This document shows positions 37,057-49,500 of a DNA stretch of 64,000 nt, one piece after another; position 1 is the first letter of the stretch; each line of letters starts with the position of its first letter. This DNA comes from a virus. The DNA is taken from IMG/VR virus record IMGVR_UViG_3300042402_003181. The stretch is one strand, 5' to 3'. The position numbers and the translations under genes were made by a program. The notes under the pieces are model-generated. The model was not told where the DNA came from. It saw only the letters and a program-made list of their open reading frames with translations, and searched no databases.

Positions 37057-40000
37057 ATGTCAAAAAATCTTTCAAACATTCTAAAAGGAGGAACTCTTCC
37101 AGTTATTCACGGAGGTACTGGCGTAACAGTATCAACTGGTACCGGAAGTGTTGTATTAAATACAAGTCCTTCATTAGTTACTCCTGACATAGGTATTGCG
37201 ACTGCTACTTCAATTAATAAAGTAATGTTTACTCAACCAACCGGTAATGCGACGTTGACTATTGCAAATAATAAAGTATTAACTGTAAGCAACACTATAT
37301 CATTTACTGGCACTGATTCAGCTGCAGTTGAAGTTAGTACCGGGGGAACAGTAACTTATACGAAAGATAAATTATCAGTATTTTCAACTACTACATCAGC
37401 TGAGTTAGCAGGTGTTATTTCAGACGAGACTGGTTATGTTGCTGGTGCAATATTAATGTTTAACGACAGTCCTACAATTAAAAACTCAATTGTTACTACG
37501 TCAACTAGTTTTGATTTACTCAATACTAACGCAACTACTGTAAACTTTGCAAGTGCTGCAGGAACTATTAGCATTGGTGCATCCGGTACTGGAACTACAA
37601 CAATTAATCATAATTTACAAGTAGCTGGTGATATTTTCTTTAATGGTACTGCAAGTCAGTTAAGTGCATCAACTATTGAAGTAACTGACACATTAGTAAT
37701 GTTGGCTAAAAATAACCCGGGTGATATTGTAGATGTTGGTTGGTATGCGTCTTATATTGCAACTGCAACAGGTGTAAAAACATATACCGGTTTAGTAAGA
37801 GATGCTAGTGAATCTGATAGATCGTGGAAATTGTTTAGCGGAACAATTACTGCACCGTCAACTACAATTGATTTTGGTAATGCAGTCTATGATAACTTAA
37901 AAATAGCTGCATTAACTGCAACCACTGGTAACTTTTCCGGACAAATAACATCAACTCTTGCACAAGGTACTGCACCATTTTCAGTTGTGTCAACTACCCC
38001 TGTTACTAATTTAAGCATTGGCGGAAATGCTGCAACTGTTACTACAAATGCAAATATGACAGGACCAATTACAGGTACCGGCAATGTTACATCTATTACA
38101 AGTCAAACCGGTACAGGTACTAAATTTGTAATGGATACTAGTCCAGTTCTAATTACACCTACTATTGGTGTTGCTACTGCTACATCAATAAACGGGTTAA
38201 CACTTACTGCATCAACCGGTACATTAACTATTGCAACTGATAAAGTATTAACCGTAAGCAATACATTAACCTTTACTGGTACTGATACATCATCTGTAGC
38301 ATTTGGCGCAGGTGGAACAGTAGCATACACAGGCGGCACAGGTACTAAATTATCATCATTTGCTGCAACAACTTCAGATGAATTAGCAAGTGTTATTTCA
38401 GATGAAACCGGTACAGGTAAATTAGTATTTGCAAATACTCCTACATTAATTACTCCAGCAATTGGTGCTGCAACTGGTACATCAGTAGTACTAACAAGTG
38501 ATTCTACAATTAATGGATTAACAATCGGGTTAGGCGGAAGCAACGTTGCATCTAATACTGTTATTGGTTTTTCTGCATTTAGTGGTAATACAACAGGCAC
38601 ATCAAACATTGCGATTGGTATGCAATCGCTGTATGGATCAACAACTGCTAATGTAAACACATCAGTTGGTTCTCAATCAATGCAAAATGTGCAAGACGGT
38701 AGTGCAAACGTTGGGATAGGTGCTGGGACATTATATTCTAACACATCAGGTGCACAAAACACTGCAATTGGTGCATTTGCAGGGTACGGATCTAACGGAG
38801 TTAACGCAAACACTACTGGAACAAACAATGTATATGTAGGGTATAGTACTATAGGTTCTGCAATTGACAATACAAACGAAATTGTAATTGGTTCACTTGC
38901 AGTAGGGTTAGGGTCTAATTCAACAGTACTTGGTACAACAAGTACAACTACTGCAACTATTTACGGTGCATTATCGATACCTAATACTACTGCATCGTCT
39001 AGTTCAATAACCGGTGCATTAAAAGTTGCAGGCGGAGTTGGAATTGGCGGTAATTTATATGTTGAAGGAAACTTATCTGTAAACGGGTTAATCACTACGA
39101 TTAATTCTACTACAATTACAGTTGACGATAAAAATCTTGAATTAGGATCAACTGCGTCACCAACTGACGTAACTGCAGACGGTGGCGGCATTACGTTAAA
39201 AGGGTTAACTGATAAAACATTTACATGGAGTGCTGCATCAAATAGTTGGGTAAGTAACGTTGGTATTACTGCATCAAGCATTCAAAATACCCCAATTGGA
39301 TCTACAACTGCTAGTTCAGGAAACTTTACAGGTATTACTGTTGAAAATGGTGGATCCTTAATTTTAAAAGAAACATCATTAAATGGTATCAACTATATTA
39401 GCATTAAATCTCCAGATAGTTTAGCTGCAGATTACACAATAACGTTACCTACTACTGTCGGTACAGCTGGACAAGTACTATCAACTGACGGTAATGGTGC
39501 ATTAACGTTTGTTGACTCTGATGTGTTTGGTGGTAACGTTGTGTACGTATCAGAATCTAAAGGTAATGATCTAAATGACGGGTTATCTTTACCAGTTAGA
39601 ACAATTAAACGCGCATTACAAATTGCATCTGGAATGGTTTACAATTCGTTAGGTGCAGTAAACCGTATACGTGCCGTTGTTTCAGTAGCTGCAGGCAACT
39701 ATGTTGAAAACAATCCAGTTATTATTCCTGATAATGTTAGTGTAGAAGGCGCAGGGTTAAGAGCATGTGTTATTCGTCCGTTAAACGCAAACAAAGATAT
39801 GTTTAGACTTAGAAACGGTGGATATTTTGCGCAATTTACATTTAGAGATGGGATAACTGCATCTGGTGTAGCATCGTATACTTGGGCGTATGCATTTGCA
39901 TTTGATGATGTATTTGATACGCAATGTGATCGTACTGGGTATATTAACTTACCAAGTAACAGACCAACGATGACATTGTCGCCATATGTTCAAAACTGTT

Positions 40001-43000
40001 CTATTATTAGTTTCTTAGGCGGTAACGGTGCATATGTTGACGGAAGTAAGGTTGCTAATCCAAACGTTCCGACTAGCTTATTAGAAGTTGAAGTAAACCC
40101 TGCAGGTGCTGCACCTGTACAGTGTAAATCAATGATTGCAAATGCGTTTACTATGATTAGTTTTGGCGGTACAGGATGGCGTGTTACAAATGATGCGTAT
40201 GTTCAGTTAGTATCATGTTTCCAATTATTCTTACTAAATGGTGTTTATGCACAAAGCGGTGGTTATACGTCTATTACTAACTCTGCAACTAACTTTGGTA
40301 AGTACGCATTGCGATCTTCAGGCTATTCGCCTATTGCATACCCATACGATAAAGGTTTTGTATCCGCTGTTGGATCATCTGGAAGTATTCAAACAGTTAC
40401 TGCAATTGGTTTTACAAGACCAGATGGTCCAGTTGAACAATATGTTATTAGAATATACGATAATAACGCATTTACTTACAACGTAGCAATTTGCCAACGA
40501 GATATTGGTTTTATTATTGATGCAATTGGTTACGATATGATGTTTGGCGGTAACTTTAGATCAATTAAAGCTGCAATGACATATTATTCAACGCAAGCTG
40601 CAAACGTAGTTGGTGTTCAAAAAACTGCAACAATTGCAGGATTTACGTATTTACGAGACTATGTTGCTAATGCAGTTAATGGTGATCCAATAGCCGGAGC
40701 ATCTATTATTGCTAATATGAATACAATTAATGATATTGTTAATAACGGGTTGTCAGTAGTACCTGCATCAGTAATACCGGAACCATCTAACATCGATCCT
40801 GGTTTTTCAGATGCTGCTAGGTTACTTGCTGGTAATAAATTATTCTTACAAGCTGAAATAATAGCATTTATGTCGTCAACTTACACTGCATTATGGAGTA
40901 GTTTAACTGCACCGCAACGCTTGTTATGCCAACGCGATGTAGGATATATGGTTGATGCAATACAATATGATTTAATATACGCATGTAACTTAGAAACAAC
41001 TGTAATTGGAAGACTGTATTATAATCGATTAACTAACACTTTTGTAGAGAACGCTGGAGAAAAAACTGCAGCATTGGATGTAGTTTTAAGATTACGTGCA
41101 ATTGTTGAATATATTGTAACAAACAATACTGCAGGCTGGACAAAATCAGCTGGCAATGCAGCATCACAATTTATTAGTGGAACTGCTGCAACTCCTGGAG
41201 CAGTTACTTTTGCAAAGGCACGTTTCCAAGAAATATATGATACTATTAATACAGGTACAGAAACTGCAGTAGCAATATTGCCAGATACAACATGGGTAGT
41301 TGATGCTAACTTAGTTACACAATTTAACATTTTACAAACAACAAAAGACGCAATAAAAACATTTGTTACTGAATATATTTCTACTCAGTACGGCGCTACT
41401 GATTTAACATCACAGTATAAAGTGCAATCACCTAACTTTTTGCAAGTTTCATTTAATGCGTTTACTGAGATTGATATTGCAACTGATGTGTTTACAACTA
41501 GTACACCGCATGGGTTAACAAACGGTGACTCGGTTATCTACGACAGTACCGGCAATTCACCGTTGGGCGGACTGTTTACAGGTAGTGTATACTACGTGTA
41601 TTTCTTAAATACTGTGCAATTTAAATTAGCACACGATGATAGTTTAACATTACCGGTTGATGTAGTAGCATTAGGCACTGGTACACATACATTTACAAAA
41701 AATGATTATGAATTGTATGTTGACACAGTTACTAGCACACATACTACTTTCCAAACAATTGTTTTAACATCTGCTTATTCGTTTGCACCTGGTGATTTAC
41801 TTGAAGGTACAACCGGTGCATTGCCTAATAAAGCAAGCGTTTATAGCTATGATGGTGATAAAACTATTGTTGTTGCTATTAATTTTGTTACTATTGGCAT
41901 ATCACAAGAACGCAAACTATTTGCTACAAATTCAATTATAACAAAAATAAATGCAACTGTAGTTAGTTTAACGGTGTCGTCTGTAACATCAAGAAACGAC
42001 TTACATGCAGCTACATTTAACGTTGCATCAACATTGCTAGGCGGATTATTAGACAACGTTGGTACACTAGTTGGTAAACAAATTTTCTTCCATAGAGCAA
42101 GTATTGTAAACTCGTCTGGTCATACATGGGAATACGCAGGTTCAGGAATTGATTACAACGCGTTACCGACAAATGGTGGTAAAACAGATGTTAGATTTGA
42201 ACAATATCAAGAACGATCTGGGCGAGTATATACGTCAGGTACTAACGAATTAGGTGACTTTAAAGTTGGTGATTTTATTACCGCATATAACAGAACAGGG
42301 AACATTGTATTTAAAAATACTGTTACAGTTAGTCAGTTAAATGTATTAAAATTAGCGTTAAGTGACATTTCGGTTGATGCAATTAGTAATGACACTGGGT
42401 TAGGTGAAAATGAAGTTGGCGGACCATCTGATAGTAAATTAAGTACGCAGCTAGCAATTTGGTCATATGCAAATCAACGATTAGGTGCGTTTATTGATAA
42501 AGCAGTTAGTACTAACGCAGTACCTGGAGCACTAGTTCAATTAAATGCAACTGGGCAAATTAACGTTGACTTAATTCCGGCACAGCGAACATCTGCATCG
42601 GTTATTACATATGGTTACCGTTCACGATTAACTGCATACGATGATGTGCCATCTGTAAACTTTTTATCAGGTGATAACAGTACAGAAGAATTTGAAACTG
42701 TCACGTTAACGTTAAGTGATCCAATTACTGCATTAGATGGTGCAATTGTTACCCAATCTACTAGCGGTGCATCAGGTTTGTTAAAAGGCGATCATACTAA
42801 CGTAAATACTATTTTAGTAGCTAGTACTGGTTATACATTTACTACTGTATTTGATACAACTCCTGCGCATACACTTATTATTAATTTAGATTCAACACCA
42901 AGTACTACTAACACATCGGTGTATTGTTTAGTAGTCAGTGCTGCAATTAGCGCAACTGATAATAGTGTGTTACGTAATTCTACAACTAATCAATACTTAG

Positions 43001-46000
43001 TGTTACCTACTACTGGAACATATGTATATACATTTGTAGGTATTAGTAAGATTCTTAGATACAACAACATTGCATATGTTACTACCGACGCAGCACATTT
43101 ATTAGTATCATCTAATCAAGTTAAAATTACACCAACTACGTTAACAAATTACGCAGCTACACCGTATGTTACTGTGCTAAGTTCTACTAGATTTAGGTGT
43201 CCAAATGTTGGACCACAAACTCCTGCTGCTGCAACTACTACAAACACTGCAACAGTGCCTGCAACTACCGGAACTACTACTGTTACTGTTGCAAGTGCAA
43301 GTGTTTCCGGCGGCCCAATTCAGATTGGAGATTACGTATTTTCAAATATTAATAGTTTTCCAATAGGTTCAGTAGTAACCGGAGTAACTGGAACTACAAC
43401 ACTTTTAATTGCAATTGAATTTCCGTCAGTAAGTGATACTTCTACTGCATCATCGATAGCAGGATTAACATTTATTCGACCAATAACTGAAGCTGGTACA
43501 GTTCGATCTGTTATAACTGCAGTTAATAACAGTGCGCAAGGTGAAATTTCAAGCATACGAAAAGGCATGTTAACTGCAGTTAATAATTTAACAATTACTA
43601 GCGGTAGTTCCTATGTGTCAGGAACATATTATAGGGTTTCGTTATCTAATGTAACAGGTACAGGTTCTGGTGCATTAGCAAATATCACAGTTACTGGCGA
43701 TTCAGTAACGGCAGTAGATTTAACGTATGCAGGATCAGGTTATGCAGTTGGGAATACAGTAAGTGCATCATTGCCTGGTGGCAGTGGTTTTAGTATACCA
43801 GTTTCGGCAATTGAAACTCATGCATATATTAACAATATCTCAGATTTGTTTGTTGGGTCAAGTATATCACCAGATTTTGTTAGTGATAACGCTAGTGCAA
43901 TAAACACTATTACTGTGTCAAGTACAATTTCTAAAACATTTAATGCTTCAAGTGATGTTAATTACTCTACTAACAGAATAACTATTGCAACCCACGGTTA
44001 TTCTAATGGTGATTACGTAATGTATAATCCAGGTTCTAATCAACTAATATCCGGATTATCAATTACTCTACCGTATTATGTTAAACGAATTGATGCTAAT
44101 ATTATTGAACTGTATAGCGAATACTACCTAACTAATATTATATCATTAGGCACTAGTTCAACTGGTACACACACGTTTACAACAAGTGCAATAAACATTA
44201 CTAATAACAGATTGTACGTTGCGGCGCACGGGTTATCTACTGGTGATGCATTAGTGTTTACCGGAACTAACTTACCGTCAATTGATTCTAATCAGATTGG
44301 TGATAGATCGCATTTCTTTATTGGATCAGTTACAACTAACACATTTACAATTCACAATTTACGAAGTGATGCATTAGATAGTGTAAATGGCGTAGTGGTT
44401 GCCCCAAACAACATTACAAGTATTGGATCTAGTACATTATCTATGATTCATTATCAAGTTCAAATTATTGGGTATTCAAATACTAGTAGTAAACAAATAT
44501 CAAACTGGGGACTTTTAGCATCGTCAAGTATTGATGCAAGTAATATTGTGTCGGGCGTAGTTACAACTAGCAGATTAGCAACATCCGGTACTGCAAGTTC
44601 AACAACTTATTTACGAGGCGACTCTACTTGGTCAACTGCAGTTACAAGCATCCAGTCTTCAAACAGCGCGTTAACTATTACCGGATCTGGAATAGGTGCT
44701 ATGTACGGTGCATTAACATTTGATGTTGCAAAAACAACATTCCCAACTGATAATGGATCTTATTCAACATTAGGTGTTGCTAGTTTTAATATTAATCAAT
44801 TTACAGTTGGTACAGGCGCCACTGCTGGTCTAGTTTATATTACTGCAGGAACAATTGATGCTGGTACATTAGATGGTAACGACTCGTCGTATTACTTAGA
44901 TCCTGTAAACTTATCTGCATCAATACCACTCAATAAAGGCGGTACTGGAATTAGTGTGTATACTGCAGGCGATATGATTTATGCAAGTACGACAACAAGC
45001 TTAAATCAACTTCCAATTGGGCCAGCTAATACTATTTTATCAAGCAACGGTACATTACCGTATTGGGCGCCGTCATTATCATTAGCAACTGTTATTAAAA
45101 CAGGTGCTGGCGAGATTTCAACTACTAATGCAGGTTCTGCAAACGTATTTAATACGAATGCATTAACATTAAATGTTGGTGGAGCAGCAACTAGTGTGTA
45201 TTTAGGTGCAAATTCTACAGGTATAACATTAATTAATGTTAAGAGCTATACTACAAACGGTGCATCAAGCACTACTGTTTCAGCAGTATATGGTATTGTT
45301 GCACCTATTAGCACCGCAGCTAGAAATAATAGTGGAGTATCAACTATTGTTACTACTATACCGCACGGTTTAACTGCAGGTGATCTAATTACGGTTGTGT
45401 GTTTGTCTGACCCGTCGTACAACGTAAGAAACGCTGTAGTATCAGTTACTAACACAACTACATTTACCTATTCAAATGCTGGCTCGTTAACTACCGTTGT
45501 TGCAAGTACTGGTTCAATATTTACTGGGTCACAATCATTATCATTAGCAACGACTGCTGCAAACGGTGATACTAAATTAATTTTTGGTAGTACTGCTGGA
45601 GTTATTATTGGCCAAATTGTATTAGGTAATTCGCATATACCTACAAATACAACAGTTATTGGTATTGATGCGTTAAATATTTATTTAAGTGCAGCAATCA
45701 CTGATGTAATTATGTCAGCTACGTCAATTGTGTTTGTTCACACTAATGCTAGTTTAGGTATTGCTACTGGTAACCAAATAACTATTGCGTCATCTGGTAT
45801 AACAAATTTAGACGGTACATGGCCAGTTACTAGCGCATCTTCATTTTCAACATCATTTAGTATTTCAATAACTACTGCAATTACTGCATCATCTGCTCCT
45901 CGCGTAGGTAATATTACTAAAGCTAATTCATTAGTATTAAAAAATAAAAATATTACAATTGGTAGCAGTGAAGCAAGTGCAACTCCGGTTGCAGCTACAT

Positions 46001-46554
46001 TAATTGGTGAAAAATCAGTAGGTACAAATGTTGCAGGTGTTGATTTTAATATTATCCCTGGAACAGGAACAGGTAATGCAGCATCAGGTAGTTTTGTAGT
46101 AAAAACAGGTAACGGTGCAGCATCAGGCACATCACCCCAAACTCCGACTACTAAGTTAACTATTGATAATAATGGTATTGCAACATTTACAAATTCAGTA
46201 GTTATAAATCAAAACATTGAAGTACACGGTGTTAATACTACTGGAATTACTAATGCAGCAGCTGTGCCAGTAAAATCATTTTCAAAGACAGTTTATAGAA
46301 GTGCTAAATTAATATTCCAAGTAACTTGTACGTCGGGACCAAATGCAAATACATATCAAATTGGTGAAGTTTTAATCATCCATGACGGTACTACTGCATA
46401 TATGGCAGAATACGGTGATATTAAAACTGGTGCAAACATGTTAGCAACATTTACTTGTGATATTGATGGATTAGATAACGTTCGAATTTTAGCACAAGCA
46501 CTTACTGGTGATACTATTTCAGTTCGTGTAGTAAGTAGTTTAAATATTATATAA
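37057..46554 (+). CDS. Giant tail-fibre/virion structural protein (3165 aa)
   Basis: Contains a Thr-rich shaft, adhesin-head-like N.AIG repeats, a beta-helix entry (VYVSESKGNDLNDG...PVRTIKRAL...VEGAGLR), helical CQRD.G..IDAI.YD repeats and several HG(L/Y)..GD.V modules. Confidence 0.8.
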   Translation: MSKNLSNILKGGTLPVIHGGTGVTVSTGTGSVVLNTSPSLVTPDIGIATATSINKVMFTQPTGNATLTIANNKVLTVSNTISFTGTDSAAVEVSTGGTVTYTKDKLSVFSTTTSAELAGVISDETGYVAGAILMFNDSPTIKNSIVTTSTSFDLLNTNATTVNFASAAGTISIGASGTGTTTINHNLQVAGDIFFNGTASQLSASTIEVTDTLVMLAKNNPGDIVDVGWYASYIATATGVKTYTGLVRDASESDRSWKLFSGTITAPSTTIDFGNAVYDNLKIAALTATTGNFSGQITSTLAQGTAPFSVVSTTPVTNLSIGGNAATVTTNANMTGPITGTGNVTSITSQTGTGTKFVMDTSPVLITPTIGVATATSINGLTLTASTGTLTIATDKVLTVSNTLTFTGTDTSSVAFGAGGTVAYTGGTGTKLSSFAATTSDELASVISDETGTGKLVFANTPTLITPAIGAATGTSVVLTSDSTINGLTIGLGGSNVASNTVIGFSAFSGNTTGTSNIAIGMQSLYGSTTANVNTSVGSQSMQNVQDGSANVGIGAGTLYSNTSGAQNTAIGAFAGYGSNGVNANTTGTNNVYVGYSTIGSAIDNTNEIVIGSLAVGLGSNSTVLGTTSTTTATIYGALSIPNTTASSSSITGALKVAGGVGIGGNLYVEGNLSVNGLITTINSTTITVDDKNLELGSTASPTDVTADGGGITLKGLTDKTFTWSAASNSWVSNVGITASSIQNTPIGSTTASSGNFTGITVENGGSLILKETSLNGINYISIKSPDSLAADYTITLPTTVGTAGQVLSTDGNGALTFVDSDVFGGNVVYVSESKGNDLNDGLSLPVRTIKRALQIASGMVYNSLGAVNRIRAVVSVAAGNYVENNPVIIPDNVSVEGAGLRACVIRPLNANKDMFRLRNGGYFAQFTFRDGITASGVASYTWAYAFAFDDVFDTQCDRTGYINLPSNRPTMTLSPYVQNCSIISFLGGNGAYVDGSKVANPNVPTSLLEVEVNPAGAAPVQCKSMIANAFTMISFGGTGWRVTNDAYVQLVSCFQLFLLNGVYAQSGGYTSITNSATNFGKYALRSSGYSPIAYPYDKGFVSAVGSSGSIQTVTAIGFTRPDGPVEQYVIRIYDNNAFTYNVAICQRDIGFIIDAIGYDMMFGGNFRSIKAAMTYYSTQAANVVGVQKTATIAGFTYLRDYVANAVNGDPIAGASIIANMNTINDIVNNGLSVVPASVIPEPSNIDPGFSDAARLLAGNKLFLQAEIIAFMSSTYTALWSSLTAPQRLLCQRDVGYMVDAIQYDLIYACNLETTVIGRLYYNRLTNTFVENAGEKTAALDVVLRLRAIVEYIVTNNTAGWTKSAGNAASQFISGTAATPGAVTFAKARFQEIYDTINTGTETAVAILPDTTWVVDANLVTQFNILQTTKDAIKTFVTEYISTQYGATDLTSQYKVQSPNFLQVSFNAFTEIDIATDVFTTSTPHGLTNGDSVIYDSTGNSPLGGLFTGSVYYVYFLNTVQFKLAHDDSLTLPVDVVALGTGTHTFTKNDYELYVDTVTSTHTTFQTIVLTSAYSFAPGDLLEGTTGALPNKASVYSYDGDKTIVVAINFVTIGISQERKLFATNSIITKINATVVSLTVSSVTSRNDLHAATFNVASTLLGGLLDNVGTLVGKQIFFHRASIVNSSGHTWEYAGSGIDYNALPTNGGKTDVRFEQYQERSGRVYTSGTNELGDFKVGDFITAYNRTGNIVFKNTVTVSQLNVLKLALSDISVDAISNDTGLGENEVGGPSDSKLSTQLAIWSYANQRLGAFIDKAVSTNAVPGALVQLNATGQINVDLIPAQRTSASVITYGYRSRLTAYDDVPSVNFLSGDNSTEEFETVTLTLSDPITALDGAIVTQSTSGASGLLKGDHTNVNTILVASTGYTFTTVFDTTPAHTLIINLDSTPSTTNTSVYCLVVSAAISATDNSVLRNSTTNQYLVLPTTGTYVYTFVGISKILRYNNIAYVTTDAAHLLVSSNQVKITPTTLTNYAATPYVTVLSSTRFRCPNVGPQTPAAATTTNTATVPATTGTTTVTVASASVSGGPIQIGDYVFSNINSFPIGSVVTGVTGTTTLLIAIEFPSVSDTSTASSIAGLTFIRPITEAGTVRSVITAVNNSAQGEISSIRKGMLTAVNNLTITSGSSYVSGTYYRVSLSNVTGTGSGALANITVTGDSVTAVDLTYAGSGYAVGNTVSASLPGGSGFSIPVSAIETHAYINNISDLFVGSSISPDFVSDNASAINTITVSSTISKTFNASSDVNYSTNRITIATHGYSNGDYVMYNPGSNQLISGLSITLPYYVKRIDANIIELYSEYYLTNIISLGTSSTGTHTFTTSAINITNNRLYVAAHGLSTGDALVFTGTNLPSIDSNQIGDRSHFFIGSVTTNTFTIHNLRSDALDSVNGVVVAPNNITSIGSSTLSMIHYQVQIIGYSNTSSKQISNWGLLASSSIDASNIVSGVVTTSRLATSGTASSTTYLRGDSTWSTAVTSIQSSNSALTITGSGIGAMYGALTFDVAKTTFPTDNGSYSTLGVASFNINQFTVGTGATAGLVYITAGTIDAGTLDGNDSSYYLDPVNLSASIPLNKGGTGISVYTAGDMIYASTTTSLNQLPIGPANTILSSNGTLPYWAPSLSLATVIKTGAGEISTTNAGSANVFNTNALTLNVGGAATSVYLGANSTGITLINVKSYTTNGASSTTVSAVYGIVAPISTAARNNSGVSTIVTTIPHGLTAGDLITVVCLSDPSYNVRNAVVSVTNTTTFTYSNAGSLTTVVASTGSIFTGSQSLSLATTAANGDTKLIFGSTAGVIIGQIVLGNSHIPTNTTVIGIDALNIYLSAAITDVIMSATSIVFVHTNASLGIATGNQITIASSGITNLDGTWPVTSASSFSTSFSISITTAITASSAPRVGNITKANSLVLKNKNITIGSSEASATPVAATLIGEKSVGTNVAGVDFNIIPGTGTGNAASGSFVVKTGNGAASGTSPQTPTTKLTIDNNGIATFTNSVVINQNIEVHGVNTTGITNAAAVPVKSFSKTVYRSAKLIFQVTCTSGPNANTYQIGEVLIIHDGTTAYMAEYGDIKTGANMLATFTCDIDGLDNVRILAQALTGDTISVRVVSSLNII

Positions 46555-46563
46555 GGAAAATAA

Positions 46564-49500
46564 ATGGCTCAAGCTGATTTTACCATAAAAAGCGGATTTA
46601 CCGCTAACGACATTTTGCAAGTTAATTCAGAAACTGATTCAACATCATCTATAACTGGTGCGGCAATTGTTGTAGGTGGTATGGGTATTGGTAAAAAATT
46701 ATATGTAGGTAGTGGTATTAATACCACTACCGGTACTTTTACATCAACCGTTTCAACAACTCAATTAACATCAACTATTGCACAAGGAACTGCACCATTT
46801 GTTGTAACTTCTACCACGCCTGTTACTAACTTAAAATCAGATTGGGTAGTAACAAATGCAAATATGACAGGTCCAATTACAGGAACTGGAAATGTAACTT
46901 CTATCACAAGTCAAACTGGTACTGGTACTAAATTTGTTGTTGATAATTCACCAACGTTAATTACTCCAGATATAGGAGTTGCAACTGCAACTACGGTTAA
47001 TAAAGTAACAATTACTGCTCCGGCTACTAATTCTGTACTAACTATTGCTAATAACAAAACGTTAACTGCAAGTAATTCTATTACGATTGCAGGTACTGAT
47101 AGTAAAACTTTAACTGTTACAAATTCGGTAGCATTTTCAGGTACTGACAGTTCAACGTTAGCATTTAGAGCAGGTGGCCAAGTTGCATATACTGATAAAG
47201 ATAAATTATCAGCATTTTTAGCAACTACATCAGCTGAATTAGCAACTGTAATTTCAGATGAAACCGGAACTGGTGTTTTAGTTTTTAGTACAAGTCCTGC
47301 ATTTACTACATCAATTACAACCGGATCTACTAGTTTTGATTTAATCAATACTACTGCAACTACTGTAAATTTTGCCAAAGCAGCAACTGCATTAAGTATT
47401 GGAGCAGCTACTGGAACTACTACAGTTAACAATAACCTACAAGTAACTGGTGACATTTATTTTAATGGTACTGCAAGTAAACTTAGTTCAACTAACATTG
47501 AAGTTAACGATGCATTAGTTTATTTTGGTGCAAACAACATAGGTGATTTATTAGATTTAGGGTGGATAGGACGTTACAACAACGGTGTTGTTAACGATGC
47601 TCACGTAGGATTTATAAGAAGTGCTGCAGATAAAGAATGGAAACTCTTTAGTAATATTACTGCAGAACCGACTACTACTGTAGACTTAACAGGAGCTACA
47701 TACGATAATTTAAGGATTGGAAAACTAACAACTACTGGTGTTAATAAGGTAGCAATAACTGCCCCAACTACAAGTGCAACATTGACTATTGCAGACGGCG
47801 CAACGTTTGCAACATCAGGTGCATTTACTACTACAATTACATCAACTGCTAATACTGCAGTAACATTACCCACTTCTGGAATATTAGTTAATACATCTGT
47901 AACAACACTCTCATCATTAGCATCAGTTGGTACTATTACTTCGGGTACTTGGTCAGGATCATTCGGCATAGTATCAGGTTCAAATCTTACAAGTTTAACT
48001 GCAGGAAATTTAAGTGGAACTATTCCAAGTGCAGTGTTAGCTAATTCAACACAGTATATTGGAACAACTGCTATTACGCTATCGAGAGCATCATTAGCAC
48101 AAACCCTAACCGGTGTTAGTATTGACGGTAATGCTGCTACAGTTACCAGTGGAGTTTACACAACTGGAAGTTATGCAGATCCAGCATGGCTTACAAGTTT
48201 AGCTTATTCAAAAATAACTGGAACTCCGAGTGCATATTCATTACTAGCAGCTACTACAACTACATTAGGTGGGGTAAAAGTAGACGGTTCTAGTATTACA
48301 ATAAATGGGTCAGGTGTAATTAGTACTCCTGGACCAACACTTAAAACTATAAACAGTAGTTCACTTTTAGGATCAGGAGACATTGCAGTAGTATCATCAT
48401 TGTCAGTTACATCAGCTAACGGGTTTGCAGGTTCTATTTCTGGAACTTCTTCATCAGCAATTACAATTTCTACTTCTATAACAGGATTATTAAAAGGTAA
48501 TGGAACTGCAATTTCAGCCGCTACTGTTAACACAGATTATTTACCTGCAACCAGTCCAGCTGTTACTACATCGTTAACTACTCCGTCGACGTCTTTTGAT
48601 TTAATTAATACTACTGCAACTACTGTAAATTTTGCCAAAGCAGCTACTACCTTGAGTATTGGTGCAGCAACTGGTACTACTACAATTAATAATGCAATTT
48701 CGTCAATATTTGATGCAACATTTAACTCGTGTGTGGTTGGCTCTGGATCGTATTCAACAAATATAAGAGTCGGATTTGGCACATTAGCTAACGTTACTGC
48801 AGCCGGTGTTAGAAACACTAGTGTAGGATATGCTCCGTTATCGTATACTACTTCTGGTACAAAAAATACTGCAATAGGGTATGGCGTATTAAATGTTAAT
48901 TCAACTGGCAGTTCAAATACCGCAATTGGTTCATCGGCATTAATAAAAAATTCAATAGGTAACTATAATGTTGCGCTTGGTTCAGAATCATTAATAAATC
49001 TAACTACATCAGTTGCTACTATTACATTTACTGCCGGATCTGGATATACTGCTAATTCTACATTTACTGCAGCACAATTAGTGTATTCATCAGGTACAGT
49101 TGCAGGATCGTATCCAACTGCTACTATTGTTACCAATGCTAGCGGAGTAGTTACAAGCGTAACGTTAGTAACGTATGGAACTGGATTTACTGACGCAACT
49201 ACTGTTATGACGTATGCAAGTATGGGCGCCGGTACCGGATTTACTGTAACCGCAGCAACATTATCAGCTACTGGAAGCAGCAATATTGCAATTGGCTATC
49301 AAACATTACTTAGCACAACTACTAGCGGCACTAATATTGCAATTGGGACACAATCGTTAGCATTAAATACAACCGGTAGTAGCAATACTGCAATTGGGCA
49401 TGCAGCAGGGTATGCAGGTAGTTCAAATGCAAATGCTACCGGATCAAACAATGTATATGTTGGTTATTATGCCATAGGATCTGGAACAGCTAACACAAAT

